Shown here: piece by piece, positions 39,292-52,392 of the stretch
Position numbering within the stretch: position 1 is the stretch's first letter
Layout of the letters: each line of letters begins with the position of its first letter
Source: Lama guanicoe
Lineage: Eukaryota
Direction of reading: 5' to 3'
DNA: 64,000 nt
Assembly (NCBI GenBank): GCA_013239625.1
Contig: MU054117.1
Location: forward strand, 3,958,677 to 4,022,676
Notes under the pieces: model-generated
What the model saw: only the letters and a program-made list of their open reading frames with translations
What the model was told of the DNA's origin: nothing
Databases searched by the model: none
Made by a program: the position numbers and the translations under genes

Positions 39292-39339
<48 letters not shown>

Positions 39340-39432
39340 ACCATGTCTTCTTTATCTAGTCACCTGCCATTGGACACATAGGTTGTTTCCATGTCCTGGC
39401 TTGTACTGCTGTAAACATTGGGGTGCATGTAT
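38828..39432 (-). mobile_element. L1 3' end fragment containing (TA)n and (GT)22 microsatellites
   Basis: GTTTACAATGTTGTGTTAGTTTCTGG...GTCCATCCATGTTGCTGCAAATGGCATTATTTCATTC...; homologous to the copies at 15.3 kb and 43.4 kb. Confidence 0.9.
39294..39337. repeat. Perfect (GT)22 microsatellite
   Basis: 44 nt of uninterrupted GT inside an L1. Confidence 0.95.
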
Positions 39433-40314
39433 AATTGATAGATTAATTTTTAAGTTAACTTGAAGTTTTTAACCCCTTTTCGTGAAACAACCCTGAATTT
39501 TAAAACATTCTCTTTATTATTGCCCCAGACAAAAGTTGGAAAGTCCAACAACGCAAAACACTCCTCTCTGTTTCCTACATTATCTGGGACTTTTGTTGAT
39601 GAGCAATCTCGTTGCTCATGGAAACAGAGTGGAGGCACCCGGTACAACCCAACACGTGTGTATTTGAGTAAACAAGGCCGGTGGGACACTCTGCATCCGG
39701 TGTCAAGCACAGTCCAAGCTCCCAGAAGGTGACACCCTTGTCTCCATGACACACGCCGCCTGCTTTGCACGTTTGGCTCGCATTTCCTGCCTCCGTGGGG
39801 TTTCCCACAACCTGGCTCCTGTTCACATTATTCCCAAAGCCTCGGACATCTCTCCCGACTTGGGATGCCTGGCTGACCACTCCAGGTGCTCGTGCACAAA
39901 GCCTTCCCTGGGGCCAGAAACGCCGTCTCTGGTTTATGATTTACTCCATTGTAGATGCTCACATGCATGTCTCCTCCATGAGTCTGGCCAGTCCTTGCGG
40001 GCAAAGGCCCTATTCTAATTGTCTCTGTATCCATGCAGTGCTTCAGGAGTGTTGGTTGCACTGAACTGAACTCCAGGCACACCTACGGCAGCACAGGGGG
40101 TCCCAGAATTTAGCAGGACTCTCCCCAGCACTGCTGCATCGATCTCGGTTGAGTGTATCCTTGTGGGAAGCCTTGTGGCTGTCTTTAAAAGCCTCCTTTT
40201 TCCCTGTGGGACGTTCCAGCTGGGTGGCTTTAGAAGGCAGCTGCAGGATCACTGGCCAGGGCTGCAGAGTCTTGGCTCTGCTGACAGGTAACTCTCATGT
40301 CAGTGTCCAGACAG

Positions 40315-41100
40315 AGTCTTCCATCCAGAAATGTTTAGTAAGTTCCTGCTACATGCTGGACCACTGTGCTAGGTGCAGTAGGTGGAGCGCTGAACGAGAA
40401 AGGCCAGCCCTCTGCTGTCGCGGAGCTTAGATCCCACTGGAAATAATCCTTAAATTAGAAACAAACAAGTGGATGGATGGGTGGGTGGATGGATGGATGG
40501 ATGGATGGATCGATCAACAGACAGACAGACAGACAAATGGAATTTTCCTGTGGGCATTAGTGCCAAGATGGATAATAAAACCAAGTGATGTGTTAGTGGG
40601 AGAGGGTACTTCAGATTGCCACGTTCAAGACGCAGCAGGCAGGCTCGTGGGGCTGGGACAGAGTGTTGAGAGAGGCCGGCTGGATCGTGTAGCACTTCAT
40701 AGACCAACACAGCGTCTGTTTGTGTGATGAAGTGTGTGATTACAAACCATGCCCCTCCAAATAGGGTGGGAAGCCAGAGTTCTTCCCCTTCTAATGTGTT
40801 AGGGAGCCGTTGGAGGGTTTGGAGCTGGGAATCGTGGCATCTGCTTACCATTTTTAAAAGGTTGTTCTGCCTTCTCGGTGGGGGGCAGGCTGTAGAGACA
40901 GGGCGACCGATCAGATGCCAGGACAGTGGGCGAGAGAAAATGGTGCCCCGGGCTCTGGTGGTCATGGGGGAGGTGTGAAGGGGCCAGAAGATTTGGGATC
41001 TGTTTTGGACGTGGGGCTGGAAGGACGTGTTGATGGGCGAGTGAGAGAAACGAGAGTGAGAGAAAGAAAGGTGTTCGGGGAAGAAGGAGGCATCAGAGGT
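40315..41100 (-). mobile_element. L2 fragments, interrupted by a (GGAT)/(GACA) microsatellite
   Basis: AAATGTTTAGTAAGTTCCTGCTACATGCTGG..CTGTGCTAGGTGC and GGGAGCCGTTGGAGGGTTT...GATTTGGGATCTGTTTTGGA, L2-like. Confidence 0.6.
40470..40535. repeat. (GGAT)n followed by (GACA)n
   Basis: Directly visible. Confidence 0.9.
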
Positions 41101-43439
41101 GAGGAAGGGAGCCACACCCCGTCCTGGTGGGGTCCTGCGGCCCCAGAGAGAGCCGACCCTTCATGCCTGAGCCCTGTGTGCGCTGGCCAGGGGCACGAGA
41201 GGACAAACTAGAATGGTCGAATGGTCGGTGTGCTTCATTTATCTAATCTGAAAAATGAACTCTGCTTGGTGACCTGATGCGCAGGAGCTCTGAGGCTAAA
41301 CCGACCATTCATTCACAGCTGGGTCTGACGCGGTAGGGCTGGGTCCTCGACGGTGGGGAGAATAGAAACTCACAATTCCTCGCCTTCGTGAACTTACAGT
41401 GTATCTGGGGAAATGAGACATCCCCAGCTAAACACGACTCGAGGTAGCGATGACCAGGGCCATGGGCATGTCACACACAGAGGACGGAGTTTCAGACTGC
41501 TGGTGGCTAAGGGTGGGGGATGGAGGAGACCCCTCGATCGGGCAAGAGAATTGGGGTGGGGAGGTAGCTCCGGGTGGTGCAGACGGAGGACAGAGATGGG
41601 AAAGTCATGGAGTGTTTGGGGCTAGATTGGTACGCCTGACACAGAGGAAGTCTACACAGACCAGGAATGGACGCTGTGTGTCTCCTCCCCGCACCTCCCA
41701 GGGCATCGTGGTTTGGAGGAAAGGCCCTGTGGCGTCCCCTCATGGCTTCTCTCCCCTGTTGCTGCTTTTGGTTTGCATTATTCCCCCACTAAGAGCGTTC
41801 TTTGAACTTTCTGGAAACTCCTCTTGGGGTCCCCATCTGTTCCTGGTTTCACACTGCGCTCCAGCTCATGGGTTCTGCCTGGTAGGCTTTGGTGTCTGAA
41901 ATTCCGCCTTCCTGCAGGGTTTCTCTGATTTAGCGTCAGCTCCCTGTTTTGCTGTTTTGTTGTCATCCCGCAACCTGGGAAAGGAAGGGCTCCCTCGGGT
42001 GCAAGAGCACGGCTTCGGAGAACAGCCCAGCACTTCCAGCTCCGAGTTTGCAGGGCTCTGCCAAGCCTGGCTTTGCAGAGAGGATGAAGAGCATCACAGC
42101 CGTCTTCTTTGGTGTCAAGTTCAAACAAATCACTGAGCCCCTCTGAGGTGCGCCAGAGTAAGCTGCCGGTTTGTGAAACCCCAGGATAATCTGTCTGATT
42201 AAAGCCCTGCATTCAGTTACTTATTAAAGCATCCTCGCCCGTGCTTTTGCCGGTGCGCATACGTGCGGACACACACCCCCTCTCTTTGTGCCCTTTCCTG
42301 GCCTCTGATGACTTCTCTCCTCTCCAGGAGGCTGGATCCAAGGCTTATAAAGCACGACTATAAAGCCTTTCCTTCTGCTGAGCCGAGGTGTCACTGCTTT
42401 CCTTCTTACCCTGGGGGATCGTTGGCCACTGGACGGTGGTTGGGGTGTGGATGAGAACCACCCTTGATTTCTGGGGGCTCGCCCCTAAGGCCTGGGTGCG
42501 GGTCTGCCTTGTGGTCTGTAATCTGGCTCCACCTGGCTCTGGGAGAACCCCACTGGAGTCTTTAATGGATCTCGTGGCTCCCAAATGGTCCTGGAAGTGT
42601 GAGGACTTAGAGGGGCGACCCGCCTCCCTTCCTCTTAGCCTCTGCAAGGACCCTTCTCTGTGCACCCAGCCTTGGGAGGCCCAGGAGAGGGGATTAGGGC
42701 AGAGCAGCATGGAAGCAGGTGCAACTCCCTGGATCCTGAGTCCTTTGTGAACTCCACTCTGAAGTGGGAGAAACCAGAGAACAGACACTACCTTTATGAG
42801 AAGTGATCAGGGGGTCCTGTGACTTCTCAGGGGGTTGGATACACCCCAAGGTGAGGACGAGTTTACTCATTAGGAAGCGCGGTACCACCACGTCGTCGGT
42901 TTAATTCTGCCTCGTCACGTTGGGTTGAGTCCCCTTGGCCTGTGCATTCTGAATGGTCGCAGCCATTTCTCTTCACGTCCTGTGTCAGTACTCTGAGCAG
43001 AAGAGTAGGTTTGAGTCTTTTTAGCTCAAAGGAGTGGGGAGAGTTTGTACCTGCTGTGCTGGGCACTGTGCCAGCGCTCTCGTGCGAGCTCTGGGGCCCT
43101 CGCCACCGCTTGACGGGACAGCCGTCCCCCCCGCCCCCCGCCGCCCCTCTTGCAGACCAGGCAGCAAGGCTGGGCAGCTTTTCCTACGTCGCCCCTAAGA
43201 TCACCTGAGAAACGGTGTATTTCACTTATTTCTCGACTGTATTTTCTTATTCTCCCTGTTAGAAACCAGCTCCGTGGGGGGAGGGCTTTTGGTGTCCTTG
43301 CTGCGCCGCCGTGTCTCCCGCACCCGGTGGGGGTGCTCCGTGGCACGTGCCGGTGGCTCGTGAGTGTCTGTGGCTCAACCACGTAAGCTGCCTGCGGTTA
43401 AATGGCTCGGAAGTGGTGGCACCTCGCTTGGAATCACTC

Positions 43440-44206
43440 TTTTCTTTTTTTAATTTTATTTTTTATTGAAGTTGAGTTGATTTACAATGTTAGTTTCAGG
43501 TGCACAGCAAAGCGATTTAGTTATGCAGGTATATATATACACATACATTTTCAGATTATTTTCCATTATAGCTTATTACAAGAAATTAAATACGGTTCCT
43601 TGTGCTTTACAGCAAGTCCTTGTTGTTTATCTGTTTTATATGTAGTGTTGTGTGTCTGTTAATCCCAAACTCCTGATATATCCCTCCCCTGTCCTCTCTC
43701 CTTTGGTAACCATAGTTTTTTTTCTACGTCTGTGAATCTGTTTCTGGTTTGTAAATAAAATTTGTATCTTTTTTCACAACATTGTAAAATGACTATAACT
43801 CAATAAAGTCTTTAAAAAATTTAAAAAATTTTTAAAAAACGAACAAAAAGTAAGAAGTAAATAAATAAATAAAATTTGCATCTTTTTTGTATTCCACATA
43901 GAAGTGATATCATACGTTTGTCTTTCTCTGGCTTACTTCACTTAGTATGATAATCTCCAGGTCCATCCGCATTGCTGCAAATGCATGATTTCATTCCTTT
44001 TATGACTGAGTAGTGTTCCATTGATAGACACCACATCTTCTTTATCCAGTCACTTGTTGATGGACACTTAGGTTGCTTCCGTGTCTTGGCTACTGTAAAT
44101 AGTGCTGCTGTGGACATTGGGGTGCATGTGTCTTTTCAAATTACAGTTTTCTCTGGATATATGCCCAGGTATGGGATTGCTGGATCTTATGGTAAGCCTA
44201 TTTTTT
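43440..44206 (-). mobile_element. L1 3' end fragment (host of a nested insertion)
   Basis: TTTTTATTGAAGTTGAGTTGATTTACAATGTT...ATGCCCAGGTATGGGATTGCTGGATCTTATGG. Confidence 0.9.
43775..43865 (+). mobile_element. Short, heavily 5'-truncated L1 3' tip nested in the opposite orientation
   Basis: CACAACATTGTAAAATGACTATAACTCAATAAA plus A-rich tail, flanked by a 23-bp near-perfect direct repeat (43752-43774 / 43866-43888). Confidence 0.8.
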
Positions 44207-44419
44207 GGCATCGCTCTTTTCTGATCCCAGAGTCTGTGTCCCTAAGCACTACCGTCATGGACCATACTTCAACCATTTCATCACTGCGTCGCATCTGCAT
44301 TTGGCCACTGCTTGCATACTGCGGTTAGCCGTCATTTTACACAAACGTTTATGCGCAGATGAGGTCATTTTCTTGGAGGAGATTTCTAGAAGTTACCTTT
44401 CAGCCACGTGCACGTCCGA

Positions 44420-44670
44420 TGAGGTGCAGTGGGAAAGCCCTTGGCTGCAGGAGCCAGGCTGCTTGGTTTTGAATCCCAGCTCCCTCATTTACTAGTGGAG
44501 TGACCTTGAGTAAGTCACCTGACACATCTGTCATCCTCAGGTTCGTCATCTGTAGAATGGGAATAAAAACCTAACTCATCAAATCGTGCGAGGATGAAAT
44601 GTGATCACACCACGCAGAATGCTTCAAATAGCACGTGGCCCATAGGAAGACTTCAATAAACGGCAGCTTT
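44420..44670 (+). mobile_element. MIR SINE
   Basis: GAATCCCAGCTCCCTCATTTACTAGTGGAGTGACCTTGAGTAAGTCACCT...CCTCAGGTTCGTCATCTGTAGAATGGGAATAA, MIR core. Confidence 0.75.
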
Positions 44671-45504
44671 AAATAAGCACATTTGGGATGGATGAATCAG
44701 TAACAGATCATTATTGTCAATATCTGTGTTCATACTGACTTCTCAAGTCTGTTGCAAAGGCCTTAGCACGCTGGTGTGTGTGGACTCACCGGCCAGACTC
44801 TTTCTGCAGTCCCAGGGCCAGCTCTCTCCTCCCTTCTCGGGTTTTCCTGTCCTTTCCCGAGACACTTGGCTGTTTGACAAGCGTGGCTCTTCCCTGGCAC
44901 CTCCGTCTGCCCACACGGGCATGCCTGTCCCCCGTCTCTCTTGGACTCTCCCTCCTCGTCAGTGCCTTTATTCCGTTTGGGAAGAACTGGAGTCCGACCC
45001 GCGGCCCTTCCCGTCGGCTTTGTCCACGTGCTGCGTCGTGAACCGTTCTCTCCGTGACTCAGAAACCTCTTTGCTCCAGGCCGAGCGTGTGTGCGCTCCC
45101 AGCAGATGCTTGGGGCAGTGGGAGGGTTTCCTCCTCCCATTAGCCTGGCCTCCTGCCCCTTCCAGCTGCCCTGCTTGTCTTGAATCTTTACCCAGCTGAC
45201 CACAGACCAGGGGCTTCTGTCCCAAAGGGCTCCCCTGCCCAGCAACACTGGGAGCGGCACAGCCACCAAGACCTTCCGGAGTGCCCGCTTGCGGGGGGAA
45301 GCGGGGAGATGCGGGGGACCCTGCCGGGTGCAGTTTGAGCTTCCTAGCCATGTTCCTGGAGCTCTTCGGACCCACAGAATACAGGACTCAGCTCGTCCTC
45401 TGTGACATGGTAACAAAAACCCCACCTCCTGTTGCCTTCTGTGAACGACAGAGTGAGGCCTAAGCTGCGGCAGGTGGCCCAGGAGGACCGCCACGGTGGG
45501 GAGG

Positions 45505-45950
45505 TGTCTGAGTTCCCTGGGACTGCCGTGACAACCTGGTGGGCTAAAACAGCAGGAGTTTGCCATCTCACAGTTCAGGGGGCCAGAAGTCTGAAATCAA
45601 GGCGTTGCGGGTGCCCTTCCCCATCAGGGGGCGCTAGGGAGGAAGCAGTCCATGCCTCTCTCCTGGCTTCTGGTGGCTTGAGGTGCTGCTTGGCCTGTGG
45701 ACGCGGCACTGGGACCCACCACCTCCACGTGCGCTCTCCCTGAGCATCTCCCCTCGGCTTCCCTCTGCGCACGCCCGTCTCTGGTCTAATCCCCCCTTTC
45801 AATAAGGACGCTGGTCATGTGGGATGGGGACTCACCCTCATGACCTCACTGTGACTTGACTACAAGACTGTTTCCAAATCAGGTCACATTCTGAGGTCCT
45901 GGGGGATTAGGACACCACGTATCTTTTGGAGGAGAAAGTTCAACCCACTG
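45505..45950. mobile_element. MaLR solo LTR (MLT1-type)
   Basis: TCTCACAGTTC..GGCCAGAAGTCTGAAATCAAGG...CCTCTCTCCTGGCTTCTGGTGG...AGGTCACATTCTGAGGTCCTGGGGGATTAGGAC...TTCAACCCAC. Confidence 0.85.
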
Positions 45951-46151
45951 CGGGAAGGAAAGACCCTCGGGGACTCGAGTCCGTCACACACCCACCCTGT
46001 GTGCAAGGCTGCAGTCAGCTCTTTTCAGGATTAAGATGAGGAGGGACAAGATCTTTGAATGGGGTCTCTGTTTCGGCAAAAGTGATGGCCAGGGAGGAAG
46101 ATGCCTTCCTTGTCTAGACCCAGACATCCGTGTTTCCTGCAAGGCCTCCTG

Positions 46152-46152
<1 letters not shown>

Positions 46153-46194
<42 letters not shown>
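46153..46194. repeat. Perfect (CT)21 microsatellite
   Basis: 42 nt of uninterrupted CT. Confidence 0.95.
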
Positions 46195-46198
<4 letters not shown>

Positions 46199-48939
46199 AC
46201 GCTGTGACTTTCTGGAATGGGAGAGAAAGCAACACAGCAGGAGGCCAGCTGGGAGGGAGCAGAGGGGAGGGAAGCGGGCTGGGAGAGCAGAGGGCCTGGA
46301 GTGGGGAAGGGGTGGTGGGATGAGGACGGGATGACGGGTGTGGAGCACCTGGTTGGCGGGGAGGCTGCGGAAGGTTCCTCGGCATCCAGCCGTGAGTCTC
46401 GTCCCAGCCCCGCCGCTCTGCTGTGTGCCGGTGTCCTGGGCGGTTAGCATCTCTGGACCTCGGCTCCTCGGTGGGTGAGACTGGGAGGCAGATGGCTGCT
46501 CTCTAGGGTCTCATCCCAGCCAGAAGGAAATTCTCACTGAGAGCCCGATGTGTGGAGCCAATGGGGGCTCTGGAACCCGCCCCGCCCCCCCAGGAGCCCG
46601 GCCCCTCTTCCTGCGGGAACATCTTCCTCGCAGGGCCGCCCTGCCCAGGGTCAGCCGGCACACATCTGTTGCCCCGCCTGCACGTCTTCAAACTGCTCCC
46701 AGTTCTCCCCCTCCTGACTCCCGTCTCTTCCCACATGTAAGCTGGCCGCTCCTTGTCATGATTCCCATTATTCTTGGACCACACACATCTGTCTTCCATC
46801 GTCCTCAGCCCTGGGAGGCTGTGCCTGCCTGGGCTGTACCCTGTAAGGGAGCCGGGAGGTGGGAGGGAGATGCCTGCAGCCAGGGTGGGGGGCCAGGGGG
46901 GACGAGGGCCCCCCCGCCCTGACCCTCCAAGTGCTGCCGGAACAGATTAAACAAACCCCTGGGTTATGATGGCCCATTCAGCTCGGTACCGTGCAGGCAC
47001 ACGCAGATTCACAGACACACAGGCACACACCCTGCCCCCATGCTCAGAGGAGCCCAGCTCTGCTCACGCCATCCCGTTTAGCCTCCCCACACCTTGGGCA
47101 GCAGGGGCCCAGGTCCACATCCTGTTTATGTGGGCGAAGGGGAAGTGGAGGGTCGGTGTGGCTCAAAGTCATGAACGTCTTGCTCGAAGCCTCGGCAACT
47201 AAGCTGGGACACTGCTGACTCAGAGACACTGATGGGCTCGAGGCAGGCTCTGTTCATTGGCCTATCAAAGCCCCTTCCGTGGTTGACAAGGATAGTGAAG
47301 GGTGCTCAGGGGACAGGGTCAAGCATGAAGGTCAATGGTAAGAATCAGCCGGTCTGCAGAGCCGAGGAAAATAGAGGAGCTGTGGCATGCTGGGGGTCAT
47401 AGTGGGCCCCCCAGGCTCAGTGGGGCTCCGTGCCGTGGGGCCAGTGGAGACAAAGTGGATGTGACCCCTGCAGGGCAGGCAAGAGTTTGCTTTGGATGAC
47501 GTCTTCCTTCAAGGGTCTCAGGAATCCTGCAGTCAGAGGGTGGGCTCAGGTGGTCACCGGCCTCTACATTTCTCTTAGCGGGGACGCTGTCAGTATCCGC
47601 ACAGGACGGTTCTCAGTGATGCAGGATGCGCTGCAGGCACTAACTGCCTCTTCTGCCTTCAGTCACCTTGACGACCAGGAACGCCTGGTCCCATTTCCAA
47701 ATGCCTTTTAGGATGGGCTGTACCAGCCCTTTCTGAGAATCTCATAGACCCACATTGATTAAACGAGTAAAGAATGAATGAATGACGTCCTCCTTTTGTG
47801 ATTTTGCTCACCCTGGAAATGTACCAAACCCGGTGAGCCTTGGCCTCACCAGCCCCGGGTGGAGCCTTAACAGCATTATTGAATCCGCCCCCCTGCTGCT
47901 GGGACCAACTGCACGCAGCTGCCCCAGAGAGCTTGCTGGGCAGAGGTGGTCCTCGTTCTGTGCCTGTCTGGTGGGAGCTCTGGGAGCCCACCTCCGCCTC
48001 CGCCCTGCCCCCTTGGAGCAGTGGTTTGGGGTGGGAGCTCTGCACGATTCTGCGAAGTGTCTGACTATTGGAGGAGAGGTCTGTGTAAGTCTCCCTCTTA
48101 GCAGCTCAGCACCGTTGGGATGACGAGGACCAGATCCCGTTTCTGAGCTCTGATATTCACCAAGATATTTACCAGGCATCCTGGAACAGATGGGAAAACA
48201 GAGCGAGTTCCTTTAGGTCAAGTGATTTGGCCCCACGTTTCCCAGAGTCCCTGCATGACTCTGTTAGTAGCCCAGGGTTTGGAGCACCCCGCAGCTGCTC
48301 CAAGAGAGATGAGTGCAGAGGTGGGAGTGCCCAGATCCCTTCCACCCCAGCATCCCACCCACGGGGCGCAGCACCAGTGTCTGCCTCAGTTTGCCTACCT
48401 GCAAAATGGGGGAAATGGTCATCTTGCTACTTCCGCTACTCAGGTATGGAATGAGAACAAAGAGGAAATATCTATGAAGTGTTTTGAATCCCAGAGGGAA
48501 CAGACTGCACAGATTCACGGCATATTAGGATTTGAGGCATGCCTGGTCAGAAGGTAGAAATTAATCCAGTTATGAGTGTCATGGCCAGGAAGTTCCAGGT
48601 GTCTGTGAACCAGAGGCCACCAGTGTCCCTCTCACCACCCTCTGAGGACTTCTTCCAGCTCCCACCTCGATTCTTCGTTCCTCTTCACAACCAGACTTCT
48701 CTGATGGAGATGCCGTGTCCGCAGGGTCTGTTCAGTGCTCAAACACACTGCAAGGTGGCTTCACCATCCACATGACCTAGGGCCTCCTCTGCCCGTGACC
48801 TTGTCACTAAACCCAGTGAGGAAGCCGGCTTCCTCTTTCTGGGCCCGCAAGAACCCTTTCCCATCTAGTCTTCCTGTTGAAATTCTCCTTTCCCTTGACC
48901 TACTGCGTGGTCCTGCTCTCCGCCCCGCCTCTGGGGCGG

Positions 48940-50020
48940 TCTCTTCCCGCTTTTCTTAGCTGACTTCTTCTCCTCTGCTGACCTGGGCTCTGCACCCTCT
49001 ACACGCTCCTCAGCTGATTTCAATCATTCCAGGGGTCTCCTCTATCTGTGTGGGCCTCACTCCCAAAGGTCCAGAACTTCCTCTTAAGCCACAGACCCAT
49101 TTACTCTGCTGCCCAGTGGATACTCCTCCCAGTGTCTTACGGGCCCTGGAAACTGAGTGTGTCCCAAACTCCCCAGGGGCTCCCCCTGTGCCGCAGACCT
49201 GCTCTGCCTCCAGGAGTGTTCTCTGTCGTGTCTCAGCTTAGTGAGTGAAACCGCCCGCTGCTGCATTCGGTCAAGTTGGAGCCTGGGAACCACCCTCAGC
49301 TTGTCCCACCACCGTTCCCCACAACCAGGCGACCTCCACGGCATCCGAATTAGCTCTTGACTTGGTCTAGATCCCCTCATCTCCGCCGCCACCACCCTGA
49401 TCACCCTGAGCAAAGCCACCTTCACCTCTTGCTGTTTCTCACACTTTGCAAAGCGAGTTGGGTCCTTTTTCTACCTGCAGTCTTATCTTGGCTCCCCGGG
49501 TCTTCTTAGCCCTTGTCGTGACCTTCAGGACTGCTCATGGTCTCCCTCCTCTTTGTGCTTGCTCCCCTCCCCTGCTGTCCCCTGTGTCCCTCTCACTCGC
49601 TGTCCTCCCACCATACTGGATTGTGCTATGATTCCCGAGGATACACGACGCCTTGTCTTGCCTCTGAGCCCCAGGACTTAGGTGTTGGTTCCTTCCACCC
49701 AGAACAATCTCTCTGCCCCCCGTGCCTCTTGCCTGATTCTTGCCACCCTTCAGGTGTCAGCGTCAGCACCGCTCCCCAGGAGGCTGTCCCTAACCCCTTG
49801 TCTGACACTGAGGTTCTCTGCCACATGCTCTCAGAGCACCCCACCGTGGCCCTAACACCCACATAGCTTATTCTAACTACTGCTTCAACACCTCTCTCAC
49901 TAGACTGTGGACTCCTTGAGGGCGGGAACTATTCATAGCATCATTTCCATCCACACCGGGCCCAGGGCCTGGCTTCACATCAACAGCCAGTAAGCAATTG
50001 TCGGACGAAGGGATGAGTGA
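48940..50020 (+). mobile_element. L2 (LINE-2) 3' region, degenerate
   Basis: CT-rich L2 motifs (ACTCCCAAA..CCAGAACTTCCTCTTAAGCCACAGACCC..., AAACTGAGTGTGTCCCAAAC) ending in TAGACTGTGGACTCCTTGAGGGCGGG...GCCTGGC. Confidence 0.7.
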
Positions 50021-52239
50021 GGGAGAGGTTTGCCCTGCAGAAACCTGGCATGGGATCAAAGGTCAGGCCTGGGATTAAGGAACAAACTTCCTCGAGGAAT
50101 TCCCGGCACAGGTGACTAACCCCGTTCACTTTGGCAACCTTCTCCCTGTGCCACCAGATGAATGAGTTTTAATCTCTTCCCACAAGGAGCTTATTCCTTC
50201 TTTGAAAGACTCTTAGAAACAAGCTCTGGAATGACTTTGGCAGGAGACGGACTGGTTCCTTCTTTGTCTGTGACCAGTGATGTAGAAGAAGGGAATGTGG
50301 AGCGAGCGCACAGACATGCTGCTCACACACGTGGACACGCCCAAAGCATCCGTGCTCTGCGGGACGAGGTGGTCCTTGCTGCTCTGTTGGGACTTGCGGC
50401 ATGCCAGGGAGCAGCCCGTCAGCCCGCGAGCCGGAGACGCAGTGATGGCTGTGACGGAAGATTGTAGCTCAGTTGTTTTTTTTTAATTGAAGTAAAGCTG
50501 CTTTTACCCTCCCCTCCCTCCGCAAGTTAACACCTGATTTGGCTCCCCCTAAACTGCCTTTCTCCTCTCTGTGCTTAGCATTCATCTTTGCTTCCTCCCC
50601 TGGATCCTCAGGTGGGATGAAGTCAGTGGATGGAGCTGCCCACACCCTTCCTCTTTGACCCCCATAAAATTTCTTGGAGGCTCCCCAGAGGCAGCCAGTT
50701 CCTGCTGGTGGAGGAGCTTCTGACAAGGGGCCTTGGGAAGCCCCCAGGCCCTGCTCTTCACTCTCGAAGACGTCACTGTCATTCCCCTGCTGGAGTGACC
50801 CCCGGTCCTGCCTCCTGCCTCGCACACCGCCGCGAGCGGCTGCTTTCCGGAGGTTTTCTAAGTGATTCCATGCTCTGTGGGGCTGGTTCCTATTTCCTTT
50901 ATATGCGGGGAGGAACAGGCGTGTGGGATCTTTGTGCGGCTGTGAAATTTCATTTCCATGTCTTTAAACCTGCAGTTGCAGCATGAGGAGGAGAGGGCCG
51001 GAGCCCAGGTGATGTCCCAGACCCAGGTTATCAGCATGTTCTGGTTTCTCTTCCCCAGAGGGGGCCGCGGTCCTGGAGCAGATTTCATCATGGGGCCGCC
51101 GTTCTTCTCTTTGGGGAGCTCAGCGTCTCATCCTTTCTCCTCCGCAGGCCTGTGACGTGAGCTCTGGTTTGACGTCTTTAAGACCAATGCCGAAAAGATA
51201 CTTGATTAGCCAGCCGTTCCAGGTGCTCATTTCAACTTGCAGCTCGTCCTGGGGGACCAGCGTCTCCTCTTGCTTTTTCCCTGTTCCTGACCCTACCTGT
51301 CCAGCTCCCCTCGGGACCCCCTGGGAGTAGAACTGGCTTCCGTTTTGTTCTTTTGTCACCACAAGGCCGGTCATCCCAGGGCCTTCTCCATCTTTCCACA
51401 TTCCTTTCTGCCTCCATGTGTGCCAGCGCTTGGCGTGTGACAGATACACATTTAGTGGCCATTTCCACCCCCCCACACACAACCTGGGACAGCTTCCCAG
51501 GGGCAACAAAGTTCCAGTGCCCCCCACCCAGATTTAACCTCATTCTCCCCTCTTTGTACAATAAATTGGATCAGAACCAACAGCCCTGTAGGAGTACTTT
51601 TCTTTACCTCAAAACCGGGCCCCAGAGAGCATTTGATTCCTTGGCAGAGAGATGTAGGCTTAATTAATTTTTCTCTTTTCCCTTTGAACCTCTTGGACAA
51701 CGCACACACGTTCACATTCACACGATGGGGCGTGTGAGAATTTTAATGGCAGGCGGTGTTAGCAGTTCTCTCCCTCCTGATACAGACCAGGGCTTTTCCA
51801 TCTGGACTTTTCAGCAGGACCTAAGAATATTGACTTTCTCTAACCACTTGGATTTGGGTGGAGGGAGCAGAATGGGAAATGGGGAGAAGGTTCAGGGGGG
51901 AAATCTGCTTATATAAATCACATGTGAAGGCGGTTTTGAAGTCATTATTGCTTCAGGATGTGTGAACTGTAATTATTTTTTAAGGTCTTGATTTGCCCAA
52001 TGAGCATTTCCCGGGGTTGCTGCTCCAAGCATGACGTCTTTGCTGTCAGGGGGTCCAGCCTGGCCTGATAGGAGTTTAATCGCTTTCAAGGGGGCCCAGG
52101 GTCGGATTCGGTTTCTCCGGCTTCTCAGCTGCGGCGGATCCTGCCTGCAGCACAGTGTCCGTGTGGCTTCGACGATGAAGACAATGGAGTCCAGCTGAAG
52201 AAGAGACCATCTTCCCCCTTTTCCTCCTTATTTATTTTT

Positions 52240-52392
52240 TCTTATACTCAGTTTATTTACTTATTACTGTATAATTTTGGCAGGGGGTAATTAGGTTTGT
52301 TTATTTTTAGAGGAGGTGCTGGGGATTGAACCCAGGACCTAGTACATGCTAAGCATGCGCTCTACCACCGAGCTACAGTCCCCCTACTCCTT
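52240..52392 (-). mobile_element. tRNA-Ala-derived SINE (Vic-1-like), full length with probable TSD
   Basis: Head 52312-52384 is tRNA-Ala(AGC)-like; flanking direct repeat CTTATTTATTTTT at 52227-52239 and 52393-52405. Confidence 0.88.
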
